This document shows, one piece after another, positions 47,386 to 58,329 of a stretch of 64,000 nt of DNA. Both the position numbers and the translations under genes were made by a program. The stretch is from a bacterium (GTDB taxonomy: Bacteria; Patescibacteriota; Patescibacteriia; S139-126). Each line of letters begins with the position of its first letter. Positions within the stretch are counted from its first letter, which is position 1. The notes under the pieces were generated by a model. It saw only the letters and a program-made list of their open reading frames with translations, had not been told where the DNA came from and searched no databases. The stretch spans positions 44,753-108,752 of the forward strand of contig DAOUWZ010000001.1 of the NCBI GenBank assembly GCA_030666865.1. Reading direction: 5' to 3'.

Positions 47386-48666
47386 CTAATCAGACACTTT
47401 CTCTTTCAATAAATCAATTACCTTTCTGTTAGTCAAGGTGTGAAATATATAATCTTTAAAACTATCTGACTTTAAATTTTCTTCTACTTCTGGTTGACCT
47501 TTATGCTGCTCTTTCATTTTTTCAATTTCTTGCTCAACCTCTTTCTGACTTGCTTCTACTTTATTGTCTTCTGCAAATTTTCTAGCAATCAAAGCTGTTT
47601 TTACTCTTTTGATAGCTGGCTGATCCCACTCTTTATGTAAATCTTCTTCAGTTTTATTTATTCTATCTAAATATTGTTTCAAATTAATCCCTTGCCCGGA
47701 TAAATTTTCTTCCAACTCGTGCTTCATCTTGCGCTTTTCGTTATCAATAAGCACTTTTGGTATTTGCGATATCTCTGACAATTCCATCAACTTTTCTAAT
47801 ATCTCTACTTCAAATTTTTGATCGGCTTTAGCTGTTTTGTCAGTTTGTAAATTTTTCTTTACTTGTTCCTTTAATTCACCCAAATTCTTATAATTACCGG
47901 CTTGTTTGGCTAACTCATCGTCAATTTTGGGAAGAATTCTTTCAAATACAGACAAAAGTTTTACTTCAAAATCAGCTTCCTTGCCAGCCAAATCAGGCTT
48001 GTAATCTGCTGGCATTTTTAGTTTAAATTTCTTCGTCTCATCCTTTTTCATACCAACCACATTTTCTTCAAAACCAGGAATAAACATCTTGTCTCCGATA
48101 ACTAATGGATATTTTTTAGCGCTACCGCCTTCAATAACCACATTATCTATTTTTACTTCAAAATCAATTTCAACTTTATCACCACTTTTTACTGCTCTTG
48201 AAACCAATTGTTCTTTGACACGCATTTTTTGCAAATCTTTTATGATTTGATTGATCTCCTTATCTTCAATTTTAACTTCTGATCGATTAACCTTAACTTT
48301 ATTTACATCACCAACTGTTACCTCGGGTAATAAAGCAACTTGAGCTGTATATTCAATATCATTATCTGGCACCATCTTCTTTATTTCTATTTTTGGCTGT
48401 CCAATTGATAATATTTTTTCTTGTTTAAGGGCTTGGTAATATGTATTGGTGATTATTTCGTCAATTGCTTTCTCAAGCACTGCCATAGCTCCATGCGCTT
48501 TTTCTACTACTTCCCGAGAAGCCTTGCCTGGTCTGAAACCGTCAATTGGTTTTTGTTCAGACAAAATTTTAGCAGCTCTATTTAAATAATCTTGCTGTTC
48601 ATCAACAAAAATTGTGATAGTTAATAACTTTTCTCCTTGTTCTAAATCTTTTGTTTCTACTTTCAT
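47386..48666 (-). CDS. tig: Trigger factor
   Basis: N-terminal ribosome-binding domain (DGFRPGKA), FKBP-type PPIase middle domain, C-terminal arm. Confidence 0.8.
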   Translation of the reverse strand: MKVETKDLEQGEKLLTITIFVDEQQDYLNRAAKILSEQKPIDGFRPGKASREVVEKAHGAMAVLEKAIDEIITNTYYQALKQEKILSIGQPKIEIKKMVPDNDIEYTAQVALLPEVTVGDVNKVKVNRSEVKIEDKEINQIIKDLQKMRVKEQLVSRAVKSGDKVEIDFEVKIDNVVIEGGSAKKYPLVIGDKMFIPGFEENVVGMKKDETKKFKLKMPADYKPDLAGKEADFEVKLLSVFERILPKIDDELAKQAGNYKNLGELKEQVKKNLQTDKTAKADQKFEVEILEKLMELSEISQIPKVLIDNEKRKMKHELEENLSGQGINLKQYLDRINKTEEDLHKEWDQPAIKRVKTALIARKFAEDNKVEASQKEVEQEIEKMKEQHKGQPEVEENLKSDSFKDYIFHTLTNRKVIDLLKEKVSD

Positions 48667-48893
48667 TAGAATAATATAAATAATTAAGTAAAATAATTTT
48701 ATACTAATTTCACAAATATATCAATATTGATATATTTTACATTGATTTTTTACCCACTTTTTGCTATAATTTATATATGATAAATACTGATTTCCGCTAA
48801 CTAAAATACGGATTTTTTTTATGCTCTTTTCTGTATTAAATAAATGTAATAAAATTACATTATACCTAATACCTGGTACTAAATACTTAACTT

Positions 48894-49610
48894 ATGTCCG
48901 GACACTCAAAATGGTCAAAAATTAAAAGACAAAAAGGCGCCCTGGATGCTAAAAGGGGTAATTTATTTACCAAGTTAGCAAACGCTATTTCAATGGCTGC
49001 TAAAGAAGGTGGTGATGACCCAGACATGAACTTTAAACTCCGCCTGGCCATGGATAAAGCCAAACAAGCTAACATGCCCAAAAATAATATTGATCGAGCT
49101 ATTAAAAGAGGGGCTGGACTCTTGGCTGGTGGTCAACTAGAACAGCTAACTTATGAAGGATTTGGTCCAGAAAAAATAGGTGTTATTATTGAAGTAGTTA
49201 CTGATAATAGAAACAGGGCATCCTCAAACATTAAACATATCTTGGCAAAATATGACGGAGCACTTGGTAGTAATGGCTCTGTTTCTTGGATGTTTGACTA
49301 TAAGGGAATTGTTATATGTGAATCAATCAAACCTCTTAGTGAAAAACAAGAACTGGAACTTATTGAAGGCGGTGCTGAAGATTGGGAAATAGACGAAAGT
49401 CAATTAATCATTTATACATCTATAGATAATTTACAAAAATTATCAAAAAATTTATCAACTATTGGAATAGAAATCACTTCATCAGAGCTTGTTTACCTAC
49501 CAAAAAAAACGATCAAAATAAACAATCCAGGAAAATGGCAAAAATTTATCAATACTCTTGAAGCAGATGATGATGTAATTAATTATTATTCAAATGGTGA
49601 ACAAGGATAA
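48894..49610 (+). CDS. yebC: YebC/PmpR-family transcriptional regulator
   Basis: MSGHSKWSKIKRQKGALDAKRG is the canonical N-terminus. Confidence 0.85.
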   Translation: MSGHSKWSKIKRQKGALDAKRGNLFTKLANAISMAAKEGGDDPDMNFKLRLAMDKAKQANMPKNNIDRAIKRGAGLLAGGQLEQLTYEGFGPEKIGVIIEVVTDNRNRASSNIKHILAKYDGALGSNGSVSWMFDYKGIVICESIKPLSEKQELELIEGGAEDWEIDESQLIIYTSIDNLQKLSKNLSTIGIEITSSELVYLPKKTIKINNPGKWQKFINTLEADDDVINYYSNGEQG

Positions 49611-50091
49611 TACAATAATTTTAGGCATTGATCCTGGCTTTGCTATCACAGGTTTCGCTTTTTTATTAAAACAAAAAAATGAATTGAAAGTTATTGATTA
49701 TGGTGTTATCAAAACATCTGCTTCAGAAAGCTTTGATAAAAGACTAAAAAAAATATACACTAAACTTGATAAATTAATAAGAAAATATCAACCTCAAATT
49801 CTTGCGATTGAAGATTTGTTTTTTGCTAAAAATGCCAAAACCGCTATAAAGGTAGGACAAGCTAGAGGAGTTGTGGTCTTATGCGGTGTCTTAAATGAAT
49901 TAAAAATTTATGACTTTACTCCCCTGCAGATTAAACAAGCAGTAACCACTTACGGTCGAGCAGAAAAAACACAAGTACAAAAAATGATAAAATTATTACT
50001 TAATTTAAAAACCATCCCTCAGCCTGATGACGCGGCTGATGCTTTAGCAATAGCATATGCCTGCGCTCAATCACTAACAACAAAATTATGA
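49594..50091 (+). CDS. ruvC: Holliday-junction resolvase RuvC
   Basis: ILGIDPG ... EDLFF ... DAADALAIA catalytic residues. Confidence 0.85.
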   Translation: MVNKDNTIILGIDPGFAITGFAFLLKQKNELKVIDYGVIKTSASESFDKRLKKIYTKLDKLIRKYQPQILAIEDLFFAKNAKTAIKVGQARGVVVLCGVLNELKIYDFTPLQIKQAVTTYGRAEKTQVQKMIKLLLNLKTIPQPDDAADALAIAYACAQSLTTKL

Positions 50092-51584
50092 CTAAAAATA
50101 AATTAAAAATAATTTCTATTTGTAGTGAACTTGATCCATTTGCTAAAACCGGTGGTATGGCAGATGTTGCCAGATCTCTGCCAAAATCTTTGAAAAAACT
50201 TGGACATTTTGTTAGAGTAGTCGCCCCCCTATATTCACAAATAGACAAAGTTAAACATAAATTAAAATTGATAAAAGAAAACATTCCTTTAAAAATTGAT
50301 AAGAGTAAGACTGTGTCAATTAATATTTGGCAGGGATTTTTAATGGAAAATCTCCCTATTTATTTCATTGAGGAAAAAAACATTTTATCATACCAGTATT
50401 CAAAAGAAAACCGACCACAAGAATTATATATTGGAGTACATGACGCCCAAAGATTCTATATTTTTGACCTAGCTACTATTGAATTATTAAAAATACTTGA
50501 TATTAAACCTGATATAATACAATGCCACGATTGGCAAACTGGATTAATTCCTTACTTATTGAAAAATAACTATAAAGCAGACACACACTTCATAAACACA
50601 GCTATAGTATATACTATTCACAACCTCACCTATCAAATGGGGATCAATTGGTGGGAAATTCCTCTTGATAAAAGAGAAAGCGGGTTGGGAGAGTTGCCAC
50701 TATTCACTAGCAAAGACTTATTAAAGAATGTAAATTTTGCTAAAAGAGCAATCCGGAATACAGATATTATTAACACGGTTTCAGAAAAATATTCTGAAGA
50801 AATAATGACAAAAAAATTTGGAAACGAACTCCACGCTGTTTTGAAATACAAGAAGGATGGGGTGTTTGGAATAATTAATGGTATTGATTATTCAGATTGG
50901 AATCCATCTACAGATCCTGGGCTTGAATGTCAGTATGATTTTGATTCTTTATCTGGTAAAACAAAAAATAAGTTGTATTTACAAAAATTTTTAAATCTGA
51001 CTGAAGAGGTCAAAATTCCTATAATTAGTTGGACATCCCGGTTAACCGAACAAAAAGGTATTGAACTTATTAAAGAAATAATCGAACCAATATTAAGAAT
51101 GAATGTTCAATTGGTAATTTTGGGCGAAGGAGCTAAACAATACGAAGAATATTTTAGAAAATTAAGCAAAAAACATCCGAAAAAAATAGCTGCCATGTTT
51201 GATTTTGACAATCAAAAAGAAACTATGATTCTGGCTGGAGCTGATATTTTTTTACTACCATCAAGATTCGAACCTTGCGGTCTAGCGCAAATGAAAAGCC
51301 TGCGCTATGGAACTATTCCAGTTGTACACGCTGTCGGGGGTTTGGTTGACACAATTATAGACTTTAATCCTAAAACAAACAAAGGTAATGGGTTTGTTTT
51401 TACTCGCTACGATTCAAGAGATTTGTTAATAGCTATAACCAGAGCGGTTGAAAATCATAAACATCGTGACACCTGGCTCAGATTGGTAAGAAAAGCTATG
51501 CAACAATCTTTTTCTTGGGAAATTCCTGCTCAAAAATATGTACTACTATTTAAAAAAGCTATTAGAAATCATCAAAATATATGA
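50088..51584 (+). CDS. glgA: Glycogen/starch synthase (GT5), copy 1
   Basis: SELDPFAKTGGMADVARSLPKSL N-terminus; ...PSRFEPCGLAQM... C-terminal GT-B block. Confidence 0.8.
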   Translation: MTKNKLKIISICSELDPFAKTGGMADVARSLPKSLKKLGHFVRVVAPLYSQIDKVKHKLKLIKENIPLKIDKSKTVSINIWQGFLMENLPIYFIEEKNILSYQYSKENRPQELYIGVHDAQRFYIFDLATIELLKILDIKPDIIQCHDWQTGLIPYLLKNNYKADTHFINTAIVYTIHNLTYQMGINWWEIPLDKRESGLGELPLFTSKDLLKNVNFAKRAIRNTDIINTVSEKYSEEIMTKKFGNELHAVLKYKKDGVFGIINGIDYSDWNPSTDPGLECQYDFDSLSGKTKNKLYLQKFLNLTEEVKIPIISWTSRLTEQKGIELIKEIIEPILRMNVQLVILGEGAKQYEEYFRKLSKKHPKKIAAMFDFDNQKETMILAGADIFLLPSRFEPCGLAQMKSLRYGTIPVVHAVGGLVDTIIDFNPKTNKGNGFVFTRYDSRDLLIAITRAVENHKHRDTWLRLVRKAMQQSFSWEIPAQKYVLLFKKAIRNHQNI

Positions 51585-52735
51585 AAAAAACTAATTGGAT
51601 AAATTTTCTTCATTTTTATTTACCTCCCACTTCTGATCCAGAAATAATTCATGAAGCAGCGAGTCGTAGTTATGATTGGATTGCCGAAATGGCTGTCAAA
51701 TATTCTGATTTCCGTTTTACCTTCAATATGAATGCTTGTCTTACTGAAATGCTAATACAAAACGGCTATAAAAAATTATTAAGCACTTTTGAAAAACTAA
51801 TAAAAAAAAATCAACTAGAGATTGTGGACTCTTTGGCGTATCATCCTATTGCTCCGTTAATTTCTGAAAATGAAGTAATAGAACAAATAAAAGAAAATCA
51901 AAAAATTAACAGAAGAGTTTTTGGAAAAAAAGCCCATGGTTTTTTCTTGCCAGAAATGGCCTATTCACCAAAAATTGGTAAATTAATTTCTTCTTTGGGA
52001 TATAAATGGCTAATATTAGATGAAATAAGCCATAACGGCAAATTAAATCAAGTTGATTGGCAGAACAAATATACACTTAAAAATACAGACTTAAACATTG
52101 TATATCGTTCACGTTTTTGGTCAAAAGAATACGTTCCTCGATTAATTATAAATAAATCGGATAATTTACCAAAAAATATAATTACCGCCACAGATGGTGA
52201 GCTTTATGGACATAGATTTGTTGATTGGGAAGGATGGCTTGTAAAAATAATAAAAAATAAAAATATTAATTTTTTAACAGTTAGTGAATATTTAAAAAAT
52301 ATTAAAAATACAACCACCACCAGCCCAATATCTTCTAATTGGGAAAGTTTGGAAAAAGAACTAAAAAATAACCGTGCATTTGGTCTTTGGATTAATAAAA
52401 AAAATAATATTCAAAACAAACTTTGGGAATTAGCCTCAACCTCAATTGAACATGTAAAAAATAATAGTAGTGACGAAAATATATTTTGGGCAAAAAGACA
52501 TCTGCGCAGAGGTTTGGCTAGTTGTACTTTTTGGTGGGCATCAGGAAGAGATTTTAGATTGTTTGGACCTCCAGCTTGGAAACCCGATGAAGTAGAAAAA
52601 GGAATCAATGAATTGATTAAAGCAATCCGAACTCTAAAAATATCATCTACAAAAAAAATAGAAGCTGAAAAATTATACACACAAATAAAAAAAGCTTTAT
52701 GGACTAAACATTGGCAAGTGTATGACAAAAAATAA
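51581..52735 (+). CDS. Glycoside hydrolase family 57-like protein
   Basis: INFLHFYLPP... and EIVDSLAYHPIAPL resemble GH57 signature blocks (H.H.P..., ...YHPILPL). Confidence 0.5.
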   Translation: MKKTNWINFLHFYLPPTSDPEIIHEAASRSYDWIAEMAVKYSDFRFTFNMNACLTEMLIQNGYKKLLSTFEKLIKKNQLEIVDSLAYHPIAPLISENEVIEQIKENQKINRRVFGKKAHGFFLPEMAYSPKIGKLISSLGYKWLILDEISHNGKLNQVDWQNKYTLKNTDLNIVYRSRFWSKEYVPRLIINKSDNLPKNIITATDGELYGHRFVDWEGWLVKIIKNKNINFLTVSEYLKNIKNTTTTSPISSNWESLEKELKNNRAFGLWINKKNNIQNKLWELASTSIEHVKNNSSDENIFWAKRHLRRGLASCTFWWASGRDFRLFGPPAWKPDEVEKGINELIKAIRTLKISSTKKIEAEKLYTQIKKALWTKHWQVYDKK

Positions 52736-54761
52736 ATTCACAACCAAACAAATCGAAGTTATTGTAAAAAAAGTATCAAAAAAATTTAATCTCACGCCCC
52801 AATATATTATGAGTACTAGTGGTGAATTTTTTGTTAAAACCTATGTTGTAAATAAAAAAACTTACTTATTGAAAATAAGAAAATTAAAATCACCAAAAAA
52901 CAAACAAAGATTTATCAAAGAAATAAATATCAACCACTTACTATCTAAAAAAAACATACCCTATCTAGAAACTCCTAAATTTATAGAATCAAATACAAAA
53001 CTCAAACCTGAATATTTATTATACGAGCTAATTAATGGCACGCCTTTAAATACTTATTATTTTTATTTAGGCACTAGGCGAACGCAAAATTTACTAAACT
53101 CTCATTTTTTAGAAATTATACAAAATATTCAAAAAATTAAACCAACTAAAAAACTGGGATTAAAAAAATTTTATTTTCAAAACAATTATAATGAATATTT
53201 AAAATATGAAAAATATTTAAAAAAATATTTATCAACAAAAAATTTGCGTAGAATTAAAAAAGCTCTGCAATTAAATAAACATTATTTAAATAATTGCGAT
53301 TTGGTAATTACCCATGGTGATTTAAATCCCAAAAATCTTATTTTAAAAAATAATAAATTAGCCATCATTGACTGGAGTGACACTCATCTTAACAATCCTT
53401 TATTTGATTTATGCTCTTTGTACATGTATTCATGGAACATACCTGAAGTAGAAAAAAATATAAAAAAATATATAAATGAAAAATATCAAAACATAGAGAA
53501 TGTTGATAAATTATATTTAATCAACCGCATTATATCAACTCCTAAAATTATAAAAATTACAGAAGACTCAATTAAAGGTTTAAAACTTGATAAAAAAAAT
53601 AAAATTATCTTGCCAACTACTGAAAAAAAACTTGAACGCAAAGCAGAAAAAGCTATTAAAACTCATATTGAATCGTTACTTGATATTATCGAGCATTTTG
53701 AATTATGGCAAAAACCAATTCCTGTTATAAAATCTATAGACAAATTCTGTAATACAATATTTATAAAAAAATTCTTACATCAAGAAAAAGATAATTTGAA
53801 TATCAATATCAATTATAACGACTTATCTGTTAAAAGATTGCGCTTGACCATTAGACCTGGTGATCAAAAATTAATATCACAATACACTTTAACTGATAAG
53901 AATAAACGAAAAATAATAATAATGGCAAAAATCAGAATGGAAAGAGGTGACGATTTAGCCAAGCAGTCATATCAAACAATTAAAGCTATCTGGAACAATA
54001 AAAAAAATAAGCACATGATTTCAAAACCGCTTAATTATTATAAAAAATACAACTTGTATTTATATAATAAAACAATAGGTGATTCAATTTCCTTATTAAT
54101 AGAAAATAAAAAAATAAACAAAAATACTCTCAAAAAGCATGTTAAACAAGCAGGTGAAACCATGTCTGAACTTCACAATATTGATATTACCAATTTTTCA
54201 AAAATAAAATTTATAGATAATTATGGCACAGATGAACAGCTAAAATGGTTTAAGTTCTATTTAAATAAAATACCCCAACTAGATACTAAAAAAAACCATT
54301 CTTTGCCCAAAAAAACTAAAAATTTGATTGACAAATATTTAAATAATAATCAAAAAACTTTCGTCCATGGCGATTTTCAATTACAAAACCTCATTGTTCA
54401 TAAAAATAAAATAAAACTTATTGATTTTGATAACTCTGATATTAATGATCCGTTGCTAGATGTTGGAAATTTTCTAAATCAACTTAATTATAAAGGATTA
54501 TTAAAAGAAGGGGTTGACGATTTAAGAAAAATATTTTTAAAATCATATTTAAAAAATAACCCCAAATTATCTAAAATAAATTTTAACGAGAGATTAAATA
54601 TTTACATCATCATGGGGATTATAAAAAATATCAATTTCAATTGTTTGTCAGGAGATTTTGTCATTGCCAAACATGATATTAAAAAATTATTTTTTCTCAT
54701 AAAAAATCTTTCTAAAAATCCTCTTGTTAATCTAAAAAGTATAAAAAAATTTATTCATTAA
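52722..54761 (+). CDS. Tandem APH/choline-kinase-fold phosphotransferase (two kinase-like domains), Lys/Asn-rich
   Basis: Two HGDxxxxN...IDW/F-D catalytic blocks: ITHGDLNPKNLILKNNKLAIIDWSD and VHGDFQLQNLIVHKNKIKLIDFDNS. Confidence 0.5.
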   Translation: MTKNKFTTKQIEVIVKKVSKKFNLTPQYIMSTSGEFFVKTYVVNKKTYLLKIRKLKSPKNKQRFIKEININHLLSKKNIPYLETPKFIESNTKLKPEYLLYELINGTPLNTYYFYLGTRRTQNLLNSHFLEIIQNIQKIKPTKKLGLKKFYFQNNYNEYLKYEKYLKKYLSTKNLRRIKKALQLNKHYLNNCDLVITHGDLNPKNLILKNNKLAIIDWSDTHLNNPLFDLCSLYMYSWNIPEVEKNIKKYINEKYQNIENVDKLYLINRIISTPKIIKITEDSIKGLKLDKKNKIILPTTEKKLERKAEKAIKTHIESLLDIIEHFELWQKPIPVIKSIDKFCNTIFIKKFLHQEKDNLNININYNDLSVKRLRLTIRPGDQKLISQYTLTDKNKRKIIIMAKIRMERGDDLAKQSYQTIKAIWNNKKNKHMISKPLNYYKKYNLYLYNKTIGDSISLLIENKKINKNTLKKHVKQAGETMSELHNIDITNFSKIKFIDNYGTDEQLKWFKFYLNKIPQLDTKKNHSLPKKTKNLIDKYLNNNQKTFVHGDFQLQNLIVHKNKIKLIDFDNSDINDPLLDVGNFLNQLNYKGLLKEGVDDLRKIFLKSYLKNNPKLSKINFNERLNIYIIMGIIKNINFNCLSGDFVIAKHDIKKLFFLIKNLSKNPLVNLKSIKKFIH

Positions 54762-54763
54762 TT

Positions 54764-55705
54764 ATGGAGACCAAAAAAATTAAAGAATATCTAATAAACA
54801 ATAATTTATTTAGAAAACCAAAAATAAACACCTTGGGTAAGGGAAATATTCATAATGCTTGGCTAATAAAAGAAGGAAAAGAAAAATACTGTTTACTTGC
54901 AAATAATAATATCTTAATAAAAGACAATGGCCTAGAAAGACAATATCTTAATTTAAAATTTTTAGAAGATGAAAAAATTAACTTCTGCTCTAAACCAATA
55001 TTTTTTGATAAAAAAAATAAAATACTCATATACACATACATACCAGGTAATACTCTAAATAACAAAACTATAAATAAAACTACTATTAATAATATAGCCA
55101 CTAACATTTATAAAATTCACAACATTCCTTATAAAAACTACAAAAAATTTACTAAAAAAAATAACATTAAACCCCTTTTACCTCAAACACCCATTGAAAA
55201 CTTGCATCAATATGGAATAAACAGATTCAAATACATAAAAAAATACAATTACGACAAAAATCTAACCAAATGGATAGAATCTCAACTTCAAGAAACAAAA
55301 AAATATGTAAAAGAATTGGGCTACTTCAAAAAAAACATTATTTTTGATCATGCTGATATTACAAAAAACAATGTAATAAAAAATAAACAAGGAATTTTTT
55401 TTATTGATTGGGAACAAGCTAAATACTTATATAACATTGATTATGGTCTTACCTATATATATATTCACGGTGGATTTAATGATAGAGAATTTATGCAATT
55501 GATTGAATTGTATGCTAGTTTGGAAAAACTATCACCAAGTATTTTATACAATAAGGTAAAAGAATTAGAAAAAATAAATAAAATAAAGGATATTGTTTGG
55601 GCAGCTATGGTGTATACTGAGGTTAAGTTTAAAAAATTAAAAAAAGATGAATATTATAAAAAAATAATTGATAAAAGAATTAGAGAATTCAAAAAGTTAA
55701 TTTAA
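54764..55705 (+). CDS. APH/choline-kinase-fold phosphotransferase
   Basis: DHADITKNNVIKNKQGIFFIDWEQA catalytic block. Confidence 0.5.
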   Translation: METKKIKEYLINNNLFRKPKINTLGKGNIHNAWLIKEGKEKYCLLANNNILIKDNGLERQYLNLKFLEDEKINFCSKPIFFDKKNKILIYTYIPGNTLNNKTINKTTINNIATNIYKIHNIPYKNYKKFTKKNNIKPLLPQTPIENLHQYGINRFKYIKKYNYDKNLTKWIESQLQETKKYVKELGYFKKNIIFDHADITKNNVIKNKQGIFFIDWEQAKYLYNIDYGLTYIYIHGGFNDREFMQLIELYASLEKLSPSILYNKVKELEKINKIKDIVWAAMVYTEVKFKKLKKDEYYKKIIDKRIREFKKLI

Positions 55706-55710
55706 TATAT

Positions 55711-57165
55711 ATGCAAGATAAAAGAAAAATAAATGTGCTTATGGCCGCGGCCGAATGCTCACCCTTCGCTAAGGTAGGCGGATTGGCTGATGTAGTAGGT
55801 TCTTTGCCAAAAGCATTGCAAAACAAAGGGTGTGTAGTAAAAATAATCATGCCTTTTTACAAAACCATTGACAGTAAAAAATATAATACTAAATTATATA
55901 AAAAATACAGCATAAAATTCAATGGTAAAAATGAAATAATTGAGATACACAAAACTTTTTTACCGGGCAGCAAGGTTGGCGTATTTTTACTTAAAAATAA
56001 TTCTTATATTTCTAATGGAAATATTTATCAAAAAGGTTTTAATGACTTGAATCAAAAAAGATTTTCTTTTTTTTCTCTAGCTATATCTCAAGTATTGCCG
56101 CTACTTGGATTCAAGGCAGATATTTTTCATCTACACGATTGGCACACTGGTTTATTAGTTAAATTACTAGCTAGTAATAAAGAATATCAAAATCAAAAAA
56201 TAGTATATACTATCCATAATTTGTCAGTTCAAGGAAGGTGGGACATTAAAAGAGCTAAAAAAATATTTAGGGACTATTTTGATATTTTCACTAAACAAGA
56301 CTTAAAAAACAGTACTTTAAATTTTATGCGACTAGGTATTATTTACTCTGATATTATAAATACTGTCAGTCCAACTTATGCTAAAGAAATTTTAACCAAT
56401 AAATATTCAGAGGGTTTAAAAACAGAACTTACTAAAAGAAAAAAAGATCTATTTGGCATTTTAAATGGCCTAGATTACAGTTTCTTTAATCCAAACACTG
56501 ATAAATTGATTTATAAAAATTTTAATATCAAAAATATTTCCGGAAAAGCAATTAATAAACAAAAATTACTAAGATTACTAAAATTAGCAACCTCTAAAGA
56601 CAAGCCGTTAATTGGCGTTATCTCACGCATATACGATCAAAAAGGTTTGGACTGGGTAGCAAGTATTATCCCAAAATTGGTTAAAAAAAATGCGCAGATT
56701 GTTATTTTAGGAACTGGTGACAAAAATCTTGAAAAAAAATTTATTAATTATGCCAAACAATACCCAAATAATGTTTCTGCTTTAATTAAATTTGACATTG
56801 AATCTGCTCAAAAAATCTATGCAGCTTCAGATATATTTTTAATACCTTCAAGATTTGAACCTTGTGGACTTACTCAAATGATGTCTATGTGTTATGGTAG
56901 TGTACCGATAGTAAGAGCTACTGGAGGTTTAAAAGATACAGTTATCCCCTACAAAAAAACCAATCATAAAATAACTGGCAATGGTTTTGTTTTTACCAAA
57001 GAGAATAGTCAAGCTTTATTTATTACTATTGTCAAAGCTTTAAAAGTATACGATAATAAAAATGACTGGAAAAAATTACGCTATAATTGTTTTAAACAAG
57101 ATTTTTCATGGAATCAATCAGCTAAGGAATATATAAAACTTTATAAAAAAATACTTAATACTTAA
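55711..57165 (+). CDS. glgA: Glycogen/starch synthase (GT5), copy 2
   Basis: AECSPFAKVGGLADVVGSLPKAL; ...PSRFEPCGLTQM. Paralog of 50088..51584. Confidence 0.8.
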   Translation: MQDKRKINVLMAAAECSPFAKVGGLADVVGSLPKALQNKGCVVKIIMPFYKTIDSKKYNTKLYKKYSIKFNGKNEIIEIHKTFLPGSKVGVFLLKNNSYISNGNIYQKGFNDLNQKRFSFFSLAISQVLPLLGFKADIFHLHDWHTGLLVKLLASNKEYQNQKIVYTIHNLSVQGRWDIKRAKKIFRDYFDIFTKQDLKNSTLNFMRLGIIYSDIINTVSPTYAKEILTNKYSEGLKTELTKRKKDLFGILNGLDYSFFNPNTDKLIYKNFNIKNISGKAINKQKLLRLLKLATSKDKPLIGVISRIYDQKGLDWVASIIPKLVKKNAQIVILGTGDKNLEKKFINYAKQYPNNVSALIKFDIESAQKIYAASDIFLIPSRFEPCGLTQMMSMCYGSVPIVRATGGLKDTVIPYKKTNHKITGNGFVFTKENSQALFITIVKALKVYDNKNDWKKLRYNCFKQDFSWNQSAKEYIKLYKKILNT

Positions 57166-57189
57166 TTCATTATTCATAATTCTATTACC

Positions 57190-58128
57190 ATGCCCATTAT
57201 CTATGATAAAAAATCAGAAGTCAGAAAAGATTATTTTCTTGAACGTTATGTTATTATTTCCCCAGCTAGGATGAAACGCCCTAAAGATGTGGTGGAAAAC
57301 TCTCACCGACAGCCCGGGCAAAAATGCGTCCTGTGCCCAAATAACGTGGAGCAAGATTTAATTGTTGACTCTATTGGTAGCAAAAAAAACTGGCGGGTAC
57401 TGGCAATTCTTAATAAATTCCCGGCTGTCGCTAGAGAAAGCGCCAAAGCTTATGGAGTTCAGGAAGTAATAATAGAAACTAACCGACACGGACACGAACT
57501 AGGAGACATGACACAAACAGAAATTATGGATGTGCTTAATATGTATGTTAAACGCACTAACAAACTTAGTCAAATAAAAGACATTGACTACATCTTAATT
57601 TTCAAAAACAATGGCGGTCCGGCTGGCGCTTCTCTGCTGCATGCTCATTCACAAATTTTTGCTGCTAAAAAAATCCCACCTGATGTTTTTCATGAACTTG
57701 ATAAAGCTCAAGAGTATAAAATAAAAAATGGCAGTTGTGTTTATGAAGATATTATTAAAAGAGAAATGAAATCACCTCGTTTTGTTTGGAAGGATAAAAA
57801 TGTTATTGTTTTCTGCCCTTACGCTTCAATGTATCATTATGAAGTCTGGATCTTTCCTTTTGCCCACCGTGATAATATTACCAACTTAACTGAAGATGAA
57901 TTAAAATCTGTTGCTAAAGCTATGAAACTGGTCTTAGGAAAAATTAATCAATATAACCTCCCCTATAACTTTTTTATGCACCAATCTATTTCTGATGAAG
58001 ATCAACATTTTTATATAAAAGTACAGCCCAGAGAATCTATTTGGGCCGGCCTTGAACTAGGCGCTGGAATGATAATAAATTCTGTTTCCCCAGAAAGAGC
58101 GGCCAAATTTTATCAAAATAAAAAATAA
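57190..58128 (+). CDS. GalT-family (HIT-like) hexose-1-phosphate nucleotidyltransferase
   Basis: Zn motif CVLCPNN near the N-terminus and active-site LLHAHSQ (the HxHxQ motif of galactose-1-P uridylyltransferase class I). Confidence 0.55.
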   Translation: MPIIYDKKSEVRKDYFLERYVIISPARMKRPKDVVENSHRQPGQKCVLCPNNVEQDLIVDSIGSKKNWRVLAILNKFPAVARESAKAYGVQEVIIETNRHGHELGDMTQTEIMDVLNMYVKRTNKLSQIKDIDYILIFKNNGGPAGASLLHAHSQIFAAKKIPPDVFHELDKAQEYKIKNGSCVYEDIIKREMKSPRFVWKDKNVIVFCPYASMYHYEVWIFPFAHRDNITNLTEDELKSVAKAMKLVLGKINQYNLPYNFFMHQSISDEDQHFYIKVQPRESIWAGLELGAGMIINSVSPERAAKFYQNKK

Positions 58129-58141
58129 TTTTAAAAAATGA

Positions 58142-58172
58142 AAAACGGCGATAATGTTTCGCCGCTTTTTTA
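58142..58172 (+). terminator. Rho-independent terminator
   Basis: AAAAACGGCGA-TAATGTT-TCGCCGCTTTTTT. Confidence 0.65.
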
Positions 58173-58329
58173 TAAATAATTAAGTCGTAAATTCTGATTA
58201 CAACTGCTGAAATTTTTATTGGATTTCTCTACCCTCTTGTTTAGATGGTTGTTTTTATTAATTAAATTTTAATACTACTTTCAAATATCTTCATATTATT
58301 ACATATAAACTACTATTTACTATCAATGG

